Positions 1-13,547 of a stretch of 64,000 nucleotides of DNA are shown one piece after another. The notes beneath the pieces were generated by a model, which saw only the letters and a list, made by a program, of their open reading frames with translations, had not been told where the DNA came from and searched no databases. Each line of letters opens with the position of its first letter. Position 1 is the stretch's first letter. The DNA comes from Ptychomitrium polyphyllum (taxonomy: Eukaryota), in contig OZ316776.1 of assembly GCA_973851085.1 (NCBI GenBank), forward strand, positions 6,572,001-6,636,000. Direction: 5' to 3'. Both the position numbers and the translations under genes were made by a program.

Positions 1-2306
1 CTGATATTGTTATGTTTTAACTTTTTTAAGAATTTTGGGATGGAAATGGGCATTTACTGTTGAATTACAACATTTCTTAAGTCAGCCATCTAAGTCGTAC
101 TAGAATGGGGATGAGTAGCAATTTGAAATTCAAATTTTGAAACTGCACACAGTGAGACAACATCGCATCGCATATTCTACAAAATAAAACATATATTTAT
201 TTGATGTTACTGGCTTCAGGCATTAGCCATGTAATTTTTGTTTATTATGGTACTTGGTGAGGCTCCTTTTATAACATTCTTTAGCAAAGTAAGTGGTTAT
301 CATGGTTATCAGGAGCTTAAATCCATGGCCATGGTCTTGCTGAAGATGTTATGTATCTTTATGCTAATAATTTTTTTCTTTTAGGAGACTTCAAAAGGTC
401 TAACTGACATTTGATCCCTTAATCTCCTATAATATTCACTTGAACAAAAAGATTATATATGTTGGTATATATTTGTCTTTGTATGTATATTATCTATGCA
501 CAATAGCTTGGTTTTATATGAATTGAAACTCTTGATTCTTTTGTTATAGATTTCTACTTGCTTCACTTAAATGTATACATTGTCCCTTAGTCTCGATCTA
601 AAATACTTCTTATTTCATGTGATACTAGAATTTCCTTTCAATATTACTTGCTCACCTTATGTTTCTAAAGTGTATTTTTATTATAAATGGTAGTTTCCAA
701 CAACATATGATACAGGCATTTTAAAACTCTTCATTTGAAAGAAACAAGTTGAAGGTACTTTGGCCACTAAGGATGAATAAATGATTTGTTTAGAAGAGCT
801 TTGCTAGCTTTGAAGGGGTTAAAAGTTTTAAGGCTCTATAACTACACCGGGACATTGTAAAGACTCTTCATTCATTTATTAAAACAAAAGTCTAATATTT
901 CTCTTTATAGAAGGCTTAGCAAGTAATTCTACTACATGATTTTTTTAAATAACATTAAAAATTTGCACAAAATAATGTAATTTTATGAATTTCAAATGAG
1001 CCAAATTTTGCAACATGTGACTACAATGTAGAACTTCTTTTCCAAAATCCACTTTCAATACTTAGTACGCAAAAAATTATATCAACAAAAAAATATATTT
1101 GCACAATTTGATAGAAAGTAGAGATTGTGATGAAAAACAAGAAGCCATATATTTAATACAAAAGGGATATATATTTATTTGAAGGTAAAAAAATTAAGTT
1201 TAAACTTCAAGTAGAATCAGGTTAAAATACTTGCTTTTTAATCTAAATTCATATGAATGTTGAACTCATTATTTTACTACAATACAACCAAATATAACAT
1301 TAAAATAAATTTATATTATAAGTTTTCATAAAAAATTGATTTTGAATCTAATGCTTCAAATTAATATTGCAGTAAATAAATTTTTTAAAATATATGAAAG
1401 TATAAAATTATATACACCTTTTGGATCTAACTCTATAGATACAACTTCTTGTTACAATTAAAACAAGCAGATTTACATTCAACACACCAAAATGCCCATT
1501 TTATGATTTATTTTGAAATTGTCTTTTAATATTGTTTTGTTGACAATAAATTTTTAAAAAACTGCAAGTTAAACCATAATTATTGATAAAATCAAACACA
1601 TTATGAAAAAATTTAAACATCCTTTTAAAGGTTAAAAAACCACCACTAAATTAATCCATTTAGCACTAATAGCTAGCACCTAATGCATGCACAATCATTT
1701 GAATTTCAATACAAAAACCACCATATATCAAGTTTTTATCCATTAATTGATTGTTTCAAAATCTAATACAACTTTACCTTCTTTTCCATCAACATCATTT
1801 TGAAGACCATTTGAATCCAATTTTGTTTCATGAATACAAGCCTCTCATCCATTTTCCATCTTGGTTATTTAATTCATATCAATATAGTAATCATATCATA
1901 GTTGATGTTATTTTTTTTGGAATCACTCATGACTTTGAAGTACCATAATTTTTTAAGATAAAAAAAAATCTTAACAAAAAATCAAATTGACCTTTCAATT
2001 TAATTTAAATTACATGAATCCATGACAAACTTACTTAGTAAAATCTTGCAAAGTAAAACACCTCATGTTCTTTTTAGTTTTATAACATTTTATTATTTCA
2101 AGAAAGTTAACATGTTCTTATTATTGAAATTTTGTCTTTTTTTAATTATGTAGCATAATATCTAAAAAATTTAGTAAATTTAACTAAATTTAGTACCAAA
2201 AGTATAAGAATGAACAATTAATTTATTTACATCAAGCTCTTTAGGAGTTAAAGCAACTTATTTTCTCCTTGGAAAGTGGAAATATGCAATAGAATAATGG
2301 TAATAG

Positions 2307-3239
2307 AACTATCCTCTTGGGTGATGAAACTATCCTCTTGGGTGATGAAACTATCCTCTTGGGTGATGAAACTATCCTCTTGGGTGATGAAACTATCCTC
2401 TTGGGTGATGAAACTATCCTCTTGGGTGATGAAACTATCCTCTTGGGTGATGAAACTATCCTCTTGGGTGATGAAACTATCCTCTTGGGTGATGAAACTA
2501 TCCTCTTGGGTGATGAAACTATCCTCTTGGGTGATGAAACTATCCTCTTGGGTGATGAAACTATCCTCTTGGGTGATGAAACTATCCTCTTGGGTGATGA
2601 AACTATCCTCTTGGGTGATGAAACTATCCTCTTGGGTGATGAAACTATCCTCTTGGGTGATGAAACTATCCTCTTGGGTGATGAAACTATCCTCTTGGGT
2701 GATGAAACTATCCTCTTGGGTGATGAAACTATCCTCTTGGGTGATGAAACTATCCTCTTGGGTGATGAAACTATCCTCTTGGGTGATGAAACTATCCTCT
2801 TGGGTGATGAAACTATCCTCTTGGGTGATGAAACTATCCTCTTGGGTGATGAAACTATCCTCTTGGGTGATGAAACTATCCTCTTGGGTGATGAAACTAT
2901 CCTCTTGGGTGATGAAACTATCCTCTTGGGTGATGAAACTATCCTCTTGGGTGATGAAACTATCCTCTTGGGTGATGAAACTATCCTCTTGGGTGATGAA
3001 ACTATCCTCTTGGGTGATGAAACTATCCTCTTGGGTGATGAAACTATCCTCTTGGGTGATGAAACTATCCTCTTGGGTGATGAAACTATCCTCTTGGGTG
3101 ATGAAACTATCCTCTTGGGTGATGAAACTATCCTCTTGGGTGATGAAACTATCCTCTTGGGTGATGAAACTATCCTCTTGGGTGATGAAACTATCCTCTT
3201 GGGTGATGAAACTATCCTCTTGGGTGATGAAACTATCCT
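2307..3239. repeat. Perfect minisatellite, 21-bp unit AACTATCCTCTTGGGTGATGA, 44 full copies plus a 9-bp partial copy
   Basis: Read directly: 933 bp / 21 = 44.4 units and I saw no variant unit. It explains the three long heptad-repeat ORFs in the track. Confidence 0.98.
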
Positions 3240-6200
3240 TTTGGAAGAAGATGTTATACTGTTATGATGGCAATGGCATGTATTGTGCAAACTAGATGTC
3301 TTTGAATGTGCAGTTCACCCTAAGAAACTTTGAGTAGAGCGCATCATTTTCTCCTGGATGGAAACCAATGTTACCCAACCTGGTTGGGTCCTCGGGTCCT
3401 CTCTTCATAGTAACTGGACAATCTGATTGTTCTCTCCAGCAGTCCATTCATGTCTGCAGGCAAGGTACCAACTTGAATGAGCTTATGACTTATGGGTTGT
3501 TGGATAGTAAACAGCATGGCGCCTGTCAGAGACTGAAAGCTCATCATTGGTGTGTATAATTTTCAATAAGGATCCATAACCAGGGATGCGTATGTTCTAT
3601 TTCTCAATCTTTTAGTGAAGTCTCTATCCCAATCTCTGTGAAAGGCCTGTGTTTGGTGTAACTTGTAACTCATTGTCCCCTCTTAGAGCTGGTGGTCCCT
3701 CCCAGTGCTCCCTCATGCTATCATTCTTATTGTGACACCCTCTTATCATTGCAATTTTAAAATGTAGTTTATCCCCTTTACCAACCTTGTACAATAAGGG
3801 AATTTCTCTGTATAGTGGCCTCCAAAAATTACTTCAATTTTCTTCCTAAGGTGTGAACTATGAACTTTGAGAATCTCCTATGTGCTAAAAATGCATCAAT
3901 TAAAAAATGTGTGTAGCACGTTAGAAAGGTAATAAAACCTAGTTTTACGTTGTAAGTATTATTAGTGATATTTAGGTTTTTATGATAACTTATAGTTAAT
4001 GACAATTTCACTAGCATGTTAATTTGAAACTACAAACACTTAACAAAATGTCAAAATTCAAGATATTTTTACTGAATTCGAAAAATATCTGAATTTTTTT
4101 CTACAAAGAGTTTTTGTATCAAAATTATTGAGGGAATATGTCACAGAATGGAGGATAAGAAGCAGGTTCTTTTATCTAAAGAAATTAAAGGACTTGTTTT
4201 TCATAATCAAAACCAAAGTATTTGTACAACACATCTTGTATACTAATATATACAAATTCATCTTAATAATCCAAATATTTGGATTTGGTAGGAAAAACAT
4301 TTGGTTATATATTTACATGAATTCATCTTAGAACTTCTTTTGTTTAAAGTTTATGGAGCCCATTAGTCAATATTGGTCATGTTCTTGAGTTGTATGATTT
4401 TTTTTAGTATTTGCATTTTCTTCATTAAGAAAACCATAAAAATTAACATAATTGAACAGACCTTAACTCAATGAATAAATTATTTGATCTGTGCAACATA
4501 TTAAAAAAACTAAAAATTCTGAAAACAAATTGTAAACATTTTTTAAAAGTAAACGTTTTTTAAGTTGGTCACTCCATCAAATTGGATGTGCTCATTTGCT
4601 TTAGAATTCACTTAAATCTATTAAGACCTCTTTTTATAAGCTATAAATTTTTACCTCAGATACTCTTTGAACTTTTGTCAAGTCACTCCTTCAAAAGTGG
4701 GCTTGTGGCAACAATATTAAGTTCAATAATATTTCACTCCCATTAAGGTAGGTGCATCAAGATTTGTCCTACTTTGCTATTAAATGTACTTCTTGTTGTT
4801 TGAAGATAATTTTTTTTCTTTATTTTGTCACTAATTGAATGTTTCAAAGAAATTCAAATGCATTTAAGTTTGTTCTTACTGATTTTATATGAATAAGTTA
4901 CAAATTTTTAAAAAGTATAATTCTAATAGAGATTTAAGATCTGGTTGGTTATCAAAGGCAGGATCAATTACCATCCCTGAAACAGATTGGTAATTGAGCA
5001 TTGCTCAGGAACTTGACAGTAGTTTTTAAAACTGGGTCAACTAAGCTTAGTTTAGATCTTAGATCTAAACCTTAGGTTCAATGTATATATTGAGGAGCCC
5101 CCTAGAATCAACATGCAATTTTTCTTGTTAGCAATTTGTTGAAGAGTTGTTACACCTTTTGTACATTGTTTTTGCTAATAGAATTTTTTGCATCATTTTC
5201 AAGTTTCTCCTTACCTAATTGTTTATAAGTGTGAGTTAGAATACATTTGACGATTACCAAGTATTCAATGGTGAAAACCATTTTTTGGTTATCTAGCCGG
5301 TTATTAGAGGAAAATCAATTGCTAGGAATCTACCTAAAGGGGCATTTTTTTACTCCTAACATAATACCTGTGGAATACAATATACATAGGTTGATTCATT
5401 AATTTAACATATGTTTAAAATTAAAGTAGTCTCAAGTGGTTTTTGAATTTCTTGTACTGGTTGGTGATGTAATTGTAGGTCATAAATTTTTGGAAGAGTT
5501 GACATTTGGAAGTAGAAGCTTGCATCGTTGGATGTAACTTATTTGTGGCCCTATTTTAAAACAGACTTGGATTCAAGTGTAAAGTACAGAGGTCTTGCAC
5601 AGTTGTCAAAATTTATGCAAGTTGCTTGCAATTCATATTTTGTGGTTAGAGAGCTGGGGACAAATTCATTCACATGACTCAGTAACTTACTATTTTCAAC
5701 ATGGACTTTGGAATCTTTAGTCATTGTTATCGTTCATGTTATTTCTCATGTCATGCTAATGTAGTGGCTCATCTGGTCTTAGAAATTCTATAAAAATACC
5801 ACCTTGTACTGTAATGTAGACTTCAAATGTTCTAAAGTCTGGGGGTTCTGTGTTAAGACACAAAAGTGTTCATTATTTATAAATAAACAAATAAACAATG
5901 AATCTACATCACTTTTGACATTTATATAAAAATTGATATCAAATTCTTATGATCATCAAATAACTTTATTTGCATACATAACATTGTTATGATAAAGCAA
6001 GTATACTCAATAATAGTAGAACATTACTCTCTTTGTATTTTATATGTCAAATTTTTGCTTGGTGCTCTTTTTTGTTTAAATCATCATATTTACTATAATG
6101 GAACAGAACAACAATTTTGGGACTATTTAGCAACTGCATAACTCGTGCACAACATTAACATTTGGAACTTTGTAATTTTTCATCATAGTGAATATGGTGT

Positions 6201-6855
6201 TTTAAGATTCAATAGGTGTGCATGTATGGCCTTCAAAATAAAATTGATAGAAACTATATTAGTATATTATTTTATGAATCAAATTTAAAATAATTATTTT
6301 AAAATATAAAAAGAACTATAAGTAAAACTCTTCATAGAATGTCTTTTATGTTGCCATGAACTTTTTTATTTATTCTTGAAGGTTTTAGATTGAAGCTCTA
6401 AGATATAAGTTGTATTTTAGTAGAATGATGGAACCATTCTAAGCATATTACTATTCTAAATAACTTTCCTATTTTAAAACAAGCAATTTCTAAGTTTCCA
6501 AAAATTCTAAGAGCATAAATTTGTTCATGGTTTTCTATGTGACATAACTTAGAGACATAGCAAAAATATAAAGGGCATGGCACAATATACTATTCAACTT
6601 TTTCATGTAAGATTCTAAATGAACTTTTCATCTATAAAAATTTGCAAAAATTATGGTCCATATTTATTTTCAAATACAAACCCGAATATAGGAGCAAAAG
6701 CATGATATTGAATACAATTACTACTACATTCTTTTTTACCATAGATTGTTTGCTAGGATCAATATTTTCCAATATTTTTTATTATACAAATTTGTTGATA
6801 CAAATTTATTGATAAATACACTTTAACTTGTTGTCCATATGTCTAATAGTTGTTG

Positions 6856-6914
6856 CATACATGTATACATACACATACACATACATGTATACATACACAT
6901 ACATGTACATGTAC
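6856..6914. repeat. Compound (TACACA/TACATG)n microsatellite
   Basis: catacatgtatacatacacatacacatacatgtatacatacacatacatgtacatgtac. Confidence 0.85.
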
Positions 6915-7609
6915 TCTAATATTTGTATTTGTGATTTGAAGATCAATTCATATTCATATGCAATAGATGACTACATTAATATCTTAGCGTTGTACTCGGT
7001 TATTGCAATTTCATTGAGTGATTTTATTTAACATGATTCTAGGTGGATGACTCAATTGTGGAGTGCAGAGCAAGTAAATGATTGAAGTTGGGAAACAAGG
7101 TTTGTTTTTTTGTTTTGGAATTTTATTGATTTTTTTTCACTTTAACATTTTAGATGAAAACTATTTCATATAGATAAATAAGAACAAAATTAGATGAATA
7201 AAATTATATGTCAGATGAATGGTAAATTTAAAGATTTTACAATAGCGTTACATTTGTCATTATCTTCTGAGACTAATAATTTTCTAAAATTTTCAACTAT
7301 TTTTCTTGAGTTATCAAAGTATAGACTTGATCTTCAGCAACTATATACAACATTTGCTATGGATTTCAAGATAGTACTCTAACCAAGGTGTTTGAATTAT
7401 GTTAAAGTTGGGTGAAGAAGTGCTTCTGGAATTTACAGTTGCAATTCTAGTTAGATTGCTTCACTGCTTACTGTGAGAATTTAATCATTGCCGTGGATGT
7501 TGTGGGACTTAACACTCTGACTATTCCATGACTCAAGACCATAGATGTCTTGCTTTTGTAATGATGGGACGGAGGGGAAGAACAACAGGGTTAAAACTGT
7601 AACATTCAC

Positions 7610-7899
7610 CTAGGCAGAGAAATGTTATGGAATGGCCGAAAACTCCCAGCAGCTGACTTATCATGGCCAATTTCTCATCCAGGACATCATCCTCTAAGGT
7701 GCAAACATACCAACAACATTGGGACATGTTGTATTTCTGCATAACCACTTGTACATATATTGTATCTTGTTCCGTCAAGGAATTCATCCTCATACTTTGG
7801 TCAAAACAAATTGCGAGTTATTACTACTTCTCAGTGTCACCTATCACTGCCAGAAGTTCATCATCTTGGGTACACATTATTCTGCATACAGTATCCAGA
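7610..7899 (-). pseudogene. Orphan pseudo-exon of an unidentified protein
   Basis: Bounded by tttag| and |gtgaat. One frame reads LDTVCRIMCTQDDELLAVIGDTEK***LAICFDQSMRMNSLTEQD...LEDDVLDEKLAMISQLLGVFGHSITFLCL. The only stops are TAG TAA TAA (7826-7818), each one C>T from a Gln codon. Confidence 0.3.
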
Positions 7900-10049
7900 C
7901 TAAAGTAAACCCATCCTCTCCTTTGTGTAGTTTAAAATGGCATGCTGACCCTCAAGGTTACAGTGGTTTGCAAATGTGCACAAAAGAAGAAAAATAATAA
8001 AGCTTTGTTCAAACTGAAATAAGAAATTTGGGAATGAAAGAAAAACTTCTGAAGCCAATCCCTTTAGATTCCAAAATGAAACCGTAGCTAGGAATTAGAT
8101 TTTGGGCCAGTAATATTCACCCAGGAGTCTAATTCTAGAGCAGGGAGAATTGAATGGGGAAAGAATAAGGGAAGATCCAGAATAGATAGGAAGTGGGAAA
8201 GAGGGAGACCAAATTTGGGTTCACAACATTGAACATTAATGAAAGAGGGGCGCGGGCAGCCGCCGTGCAGGGCAGGGCGTACACTGAATGGCGGCGGTGC
8301 TAATCACTGCTGTGTGCTCTCCGCTTTCATATCTTATCCCTCCCGCCCGCTGCCCGTTCAATAATATGTCCCCCTTTTCTATTTCCACTTTTGTAAACTT
8401 CTGGGTTGTTTGATGTTGGGAAGTCAATCCAACAAGGGCCTGCTGATCCTGCTTTATTTACACCAGCTTCGTCCCTCACAAGCTCCAGCCCATTTTTTTA
8501 TTCCCTCTTATCATTCATGGATCCAGCTCATGAGTCAGATTTTGGGGCCAGGTGTGATATGCTTTGCCCTCAGCAGCTGGTGTGGCTTTCTCAGGACTGT
8601 TTGCGTGTGAGGGCCCCTGCATGGATCTGCGGACCTTCAGTCTGGGCAAGTAGATCTATTTTATCTAAAAATTATACGTAATTAGCACTTTTGCCTAGGT
8701 CTTGTGGGAGGTAAAATCAAACCAGGGAAAATTGTCCATCTGAGAGTAAAAGACTCTACAGCAGCCGTACAATCTTAGCCAAGATGTATCCACAGTTCAG
8801 ATCGATTAAGTGATAATTTTGAGGTGGGGGTTTGAGGATAACGCATGACTCAGGAGTGCATTCCAGACTCTTCCTTGTCCTTGTGATCAGTAAACTATTC
8901 TCACCAGGGATTAGAGTAACATAATCTCTGTGACTGTATCAGAAGCGAATCTCTACTGTTGCAATCTGCGCAGACCTCAGTGGCTGTATCAGAGGCTCTG
9001 TCTCTGACGGATCATGGATGTGAAGAATAATCTGTCACTCCGCGCACCGTTAATCACGACCAGGGTCTGAGGGCAGCTTCACAACTTTTCTTGTGGAAGA
9101 GCAGACAAGCCAAAAATTTCAGCCTAAGACATGGGTGTTTTAGGTGAAAGTCAAGGTACGGGTGAAGATGGGAAGATATAGTAAGAAATAAGATAAAGAA
9201 AAGTTCCATCATGTAGATTAATTCTTGGGTTACCATTTGAAAAGTATACTTAAAAAATATGATTATGGGAAAAAAAATTCATACAATAATTGTTGCCATT
9301 CTGTCATTCATTTTTAAATTGTTTCTCTTGCAAAGAACAAGGAAAAATATAAAATCCTACATATTAACTTGGAACTTTTGACCAACCATATTGCACAAAT
9401 TTTCTAAACATGGCAAGTATTTTGTGTAGTGGACAACATTACAAAGGTATTAAGAGCCCTTGATAATTAGAAAACTAGATTTGTATAATATAGATAAATT
9501 TTGTCTTTAATTGCGATTCAACATTCAAAATAATGTAACAAGCAAATAGTTATCACTTCAACAAACTACAAATTATGCAATATTTCTTTTTCATAAATTA
9601 GTAATTGAATGGCGGATGAGTGTGATGGGACATAAGGTATGACATAATTGGGTGTCATAATCTTATAATATTTTCAGCTAACATAAAAATAAGCATTATG
9701 TGGTATAAATGAATATGAATGCATGTGTACTTCAATTCATATTATGTCATGTTTTTGTCATGGGGTGTAATGTTGGATTCAATTAATTAATTTATGCCCA
9801 ACACTATTTTTTATCACCCTAAAAAGCTACAGACTACACACAAGTTGTAACAAGAGTCCCACTGTTGGAGCAGACTCGATCACAAAAGCTGGCCAAGGTA
9901 TCAGAAATGGAGGATTAGTAAATACAAAGTAGAATATGGTAGAGGTGAAGAGTAATAAAGGAAAAAAGTAAGAAAAAACATTTCGACACGGTAACGGTTA
10001 ATAAATAAAGGAATCCAGTCACTGTCAGAAACTGAGAGTCGAGTCCATC

Positions 10050-10735
10050 ATGACGAATCGACTCAACATCAACTCCGGTTAAGTTAACTCATGCAGCAGT
10101 TACTTCAGTGCCTACTGACTTAAAATTTCGCTTCGTAACCTCCACAAAAAAAATTTCAATATAAGAAGAATAATATCTGATAGTGAACTGCGCCGTCCAT
10201 CATGATGATGGAGCGAAACATCAACTGTAGTTAAGTCAGTGCCGAGTAACTTAACTGCTTAGTTAAAGTTAAGCGAAGTCACTAAATTGATTGCTTTGTA
10301 ACCTCCACCAAAGAAAATTGAATAAATGATAAATCCGCCTGGAGTAAATGACCTCGTTTTCTAATTTCTCGACCAAACAAAAACCAGAAAAGGAGGTGAA
10401 CCATGAACCACGAACCATAGTTAAATGAACTCTACGTAACTGCTCAGTAAGCTGGATTGAAGTGGAAATTGACTGCATCATAACCTCCACTAAATAGATT
10501 GCATAATTAGTAAATCCGTCTGAAACTACTATCAACACATCATCTTAAAAGTTTTCTTGACAAAACATTCACAACATGAAAATAAACAGAAAATGAAGAA
10601 CTTGGTTTTGAACTTGGTGAGCTCTCAGTAACTGCGCAGCAAGCTGAAATGCAGCGAAAGTTGACTGCTTCTTCACAGTAGTTAACCTCCGGCAGACGAA
10701 TTGCGTACTTGACGAGTAATTAGAGAAATCCGCAA
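10050..10735. repeat. Degenerate tandem repeat, about 4 units of 160-200 bp, upstream of the ARM gene
   Basis: TAACCTCC core recurs near 10137, 10299, 10481 and 10683. Units 3 and 4 align: tgaactctacgtaactgctcagtaagctggattgaagtggaaattgactgc vs tgagctctcagtaactgcgcagcaagctgaaatgcagcgaaagttgactgc, each followed later by taattag..aaatccg. Confidence 0.7.
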
Positions 10736-11468
10736 GGTGAAAGTAAAAATAGGATTAATGGGCTGCGTTACAAAATGGGGTAAAAATAGGGAAAGTGGCG
10801 AACTTGCTGGTGGAGATCATTATTGCAGGAAAAAGAATTCCCTGGGGACTCGCAGCGTCGTTGTTGCAGGCATGCCATTGCCACTGCCATCCCTCCATGC
10901 CTTACATCTTCCGGGCCCTCTGTCGCCACTGTCATATTTTCCGACCACCATCGCCGGCTCTTCCCTCAGAGCCCCACTTACTCACTCGCAGTCCGCTTTC
11001 TCGCTGTGAGATAGTGTGATAGTCATTGATTTCATTACGCAGTCGATCATTTCCTGGCGTTGCCTCCCCTCTGGGTTTACGTTGAGCTCCCGGCGCCAGC
11101 AATCACTGAATTCAGCCTCCGTTGGAGCCAGAGCAGCGGTTAGTTTCAGTCAAGGACAGTCGCACAGCAGTTGCTTGATTGCACTTCACATTTTGTGGAA
11201 TTGCATGTGTGAGGGCCGGTAGTGTACTTTTTGTGAGGTTGACTTGCTCAATTCAGTTGAGCGTCTTGGTTGGGGCGTCAGGAATTGGTTTGGGGGGTGG
11301 GAGTTTTTGAGTTGGAAGGTGGGAGATGCCAGGCGGTTGTGTTGGTGTGCTGCAAACGGTGGATTGGAGATAGTGAGAATTTGAGGTGTTGAAGAGTACC
11401 TTTTTTTTGGTTTTGCTTGTAGAGGGGATGTCGAGTTTGGCGTAGTGCACGAGGAGAGGTTGTGAGCT

Positions 11469-13547
11469 ATGGGGGTGTGTGTGGTACAAGCGAATGGGGT
11501 GGAGGAGAAGCAGCAGCAGCAGCAGGTGGTTAAGAAACAAGTGGTGCACTATGGGGATATGAACACAGCGGAGGCGTGGTTGCGGCAGGCACAGCACTTG
11601 ACGTCGGTGGCGGTCACAGACGCGGCTTCGGTGAAGGCGTTTCTTGGACGATGGAAAGCTATTGAGAATCGGTTGTTGCAGCTGCCTGCGCTTCTTACCG
11701 AGATGTCGCATCTCCATTGCCTCTCCGACAACAAAGTGTGCAAGGAGCTTTTGAAGGTAATGGTTATGTGCGCTGTTAGTAAGAGATTGTTTGAGTTTTT
11801 TTGGGTGTGGCGGGGTCATTTGTGCTTTCTTATTGTTTTCCTCTTCAGGAGGTCGGGTGCGTTGTTTGCTTCTCCCAACTCTTGGACCATTGTTTTTTTG
11901 ACGTGGTTGGTGATGTCATGCAGGCCACAATCGAGACACTCGACGAAGCCCGGAGCCTAGCGATGAAGTGCACGGAATTAAATTACGGTGGCAAGCTTCA
12001 GACGCAGAGTAACTTGGACTCTCTTTGTGGGAAACTCGACCTTCACATTCACGATTGCCAGTTGATGATTACAAGCGGCATAATGCAAGAGAATCCGCTA
12101 GCGATTTGCCGAGTCACTCCGGAGTCGACTCGAGAGGCTATTCGATGGACCATACGAGACTTGCTCGCTCATCTGCAGATTGGGAGCGTCGACTGCAAAC
12201 AGAGAGCTCTTGACAGCATGCTTCGCCTTATGTCCGACGACGACAAAAATATTCTAATGGTTGCCGGCCAGGGCGCTGTGACCACGCTCGTGCACTTGTT
12301 AGACGCCAGCCAGCCTGCCATTAGGGAAAGATCAGCCGCTGCCATCTGCTTGCTCGCTCTTAACGACAGTTGCGAACATGCGGTTGTAGCGGAAGGCGGC
12401 ATAGCACCTCTTGTTCGACTTCTGGATTCTGGTAGCCCCCGCGCTCAAGAGAAAGCAGCAGCCGGACTGCAAGGTCTGTCCATTTCAGATGAAAACGCGA
12501 AAGCGATCACAGCCCATGGCGGGGTCCCGGCCCTGATAGAAATTTGCCGAGTCGGCACCCCAGGTGCCCAAGCAGCTGCCGCGGGGTCTTTACGAAACAT
12601 CGCCGCAGTCGAGGAGCTTCGAAGCTGCATTGTGGAAGACGGCGCTATTCCGATTGTTATCAACTTGGTCTCCTCCGGCACATCCATGGCGCAAGAGAAC
12701 GCAGCCGCCACGCTTCAAAACCTCGCAGTCTCCGACGACGGCATCAGGTGGAGAATCGTTGAAGATGGCGCCGTCCAACCTTTGATTAGATACTTGGACT
12801 CCTCCGTGGAGGCTTGCGGCCAAGAAATAGCGTTGGGTGCTCTCCGCAACCTCGCAGCCTGCCGAGACAACATCGACGTCCTCTGCCATGCCGGCTTCCT
12901 CCCTCGCCTCGCTAATTGCCTCCGCTCGGGACCTGTAGCCGTACAGCTCGTCGCCGCCGCCGCAGTATGTCACATGGCTTGCTCCACCGAAACTAGGCGA
13001 TCGTTGGGCGAAGCCGGCATCATCGGTCCGTTGGTGAAGCTTTTGGATGCGAAATCAAACACCGCTCAAGAGTATTCGGCACAGGTATACTTCTACTTGA
13101 AATAATTCTACATACTTGTACCGCTTTTTCATATCCAGTCGGTCGTCTATTATCAGGCATTCATGTGGGTTCGTGATACAGTATCTTACCGTCCATGCTG
13201 TTGTTGTGTAGGCGTTGGCGATTCTTCTTCTCGTTGAGGAGAATCGGAAGCTGTTTCTGGCGGAGGATTGGGGCATTATTGGATTAGTGCTGTTGTTGGA
13301 TACTCGCTTTCAGGAGGTTGGCAAGCAGTTTCCTGTTGCCGCTCTGCAGGCGCTCTCAGGGAATGCGAAATGCCGAAAGCAGATGGTGACTGCCGGTGCT
13401 TGTTATCATTTGCGCCAGTTGGCTGATATGGATGTCACGGGTGCGAAAAGGCTCTTGGATCGGCTAGTTACTGGCAAATTTCGAAGCATCATCTCCAAAA
13501 CTCTTATGGTAAGATCTCAATTTTCTTTTCACGTCTTTTGTTCTTAG
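11469..13547 (+). CDS. Armadillo (ARM) repeat protein, AT1G01830/AT2G45720-like; exons 11469-11756, 11924-13084, 13212-13508 (or to the stop at 13547 if unspliced); about 582-594 aa
   Basis: Both introns are phase-0 GT-AG and join in frame. N-terminal family motifs F.GRWK.I..L and GKLQTQSNLDSLCGKLDL; multiple ARM repeats (EGGIAPLVRLL, AQENAAATLQNL). 3' end uncertain because a strong donor ATG|GTAAGA lies at 13508/13509. Confidence 0.93.

Noticed and set aside
2307..3239. CRISPR array or telomeric repeat
   Set aside because: Units are contiguous with no spacers, the context is eukaryotic, and the unit is not TTTAGGG-like.
2241..3295. Calling the three 316-349 aa ORFs protein-coding genes
   Set aside because: A stop-free 21-bp unit produces long ORFs automatically; kept only as a hypothesis in findings.
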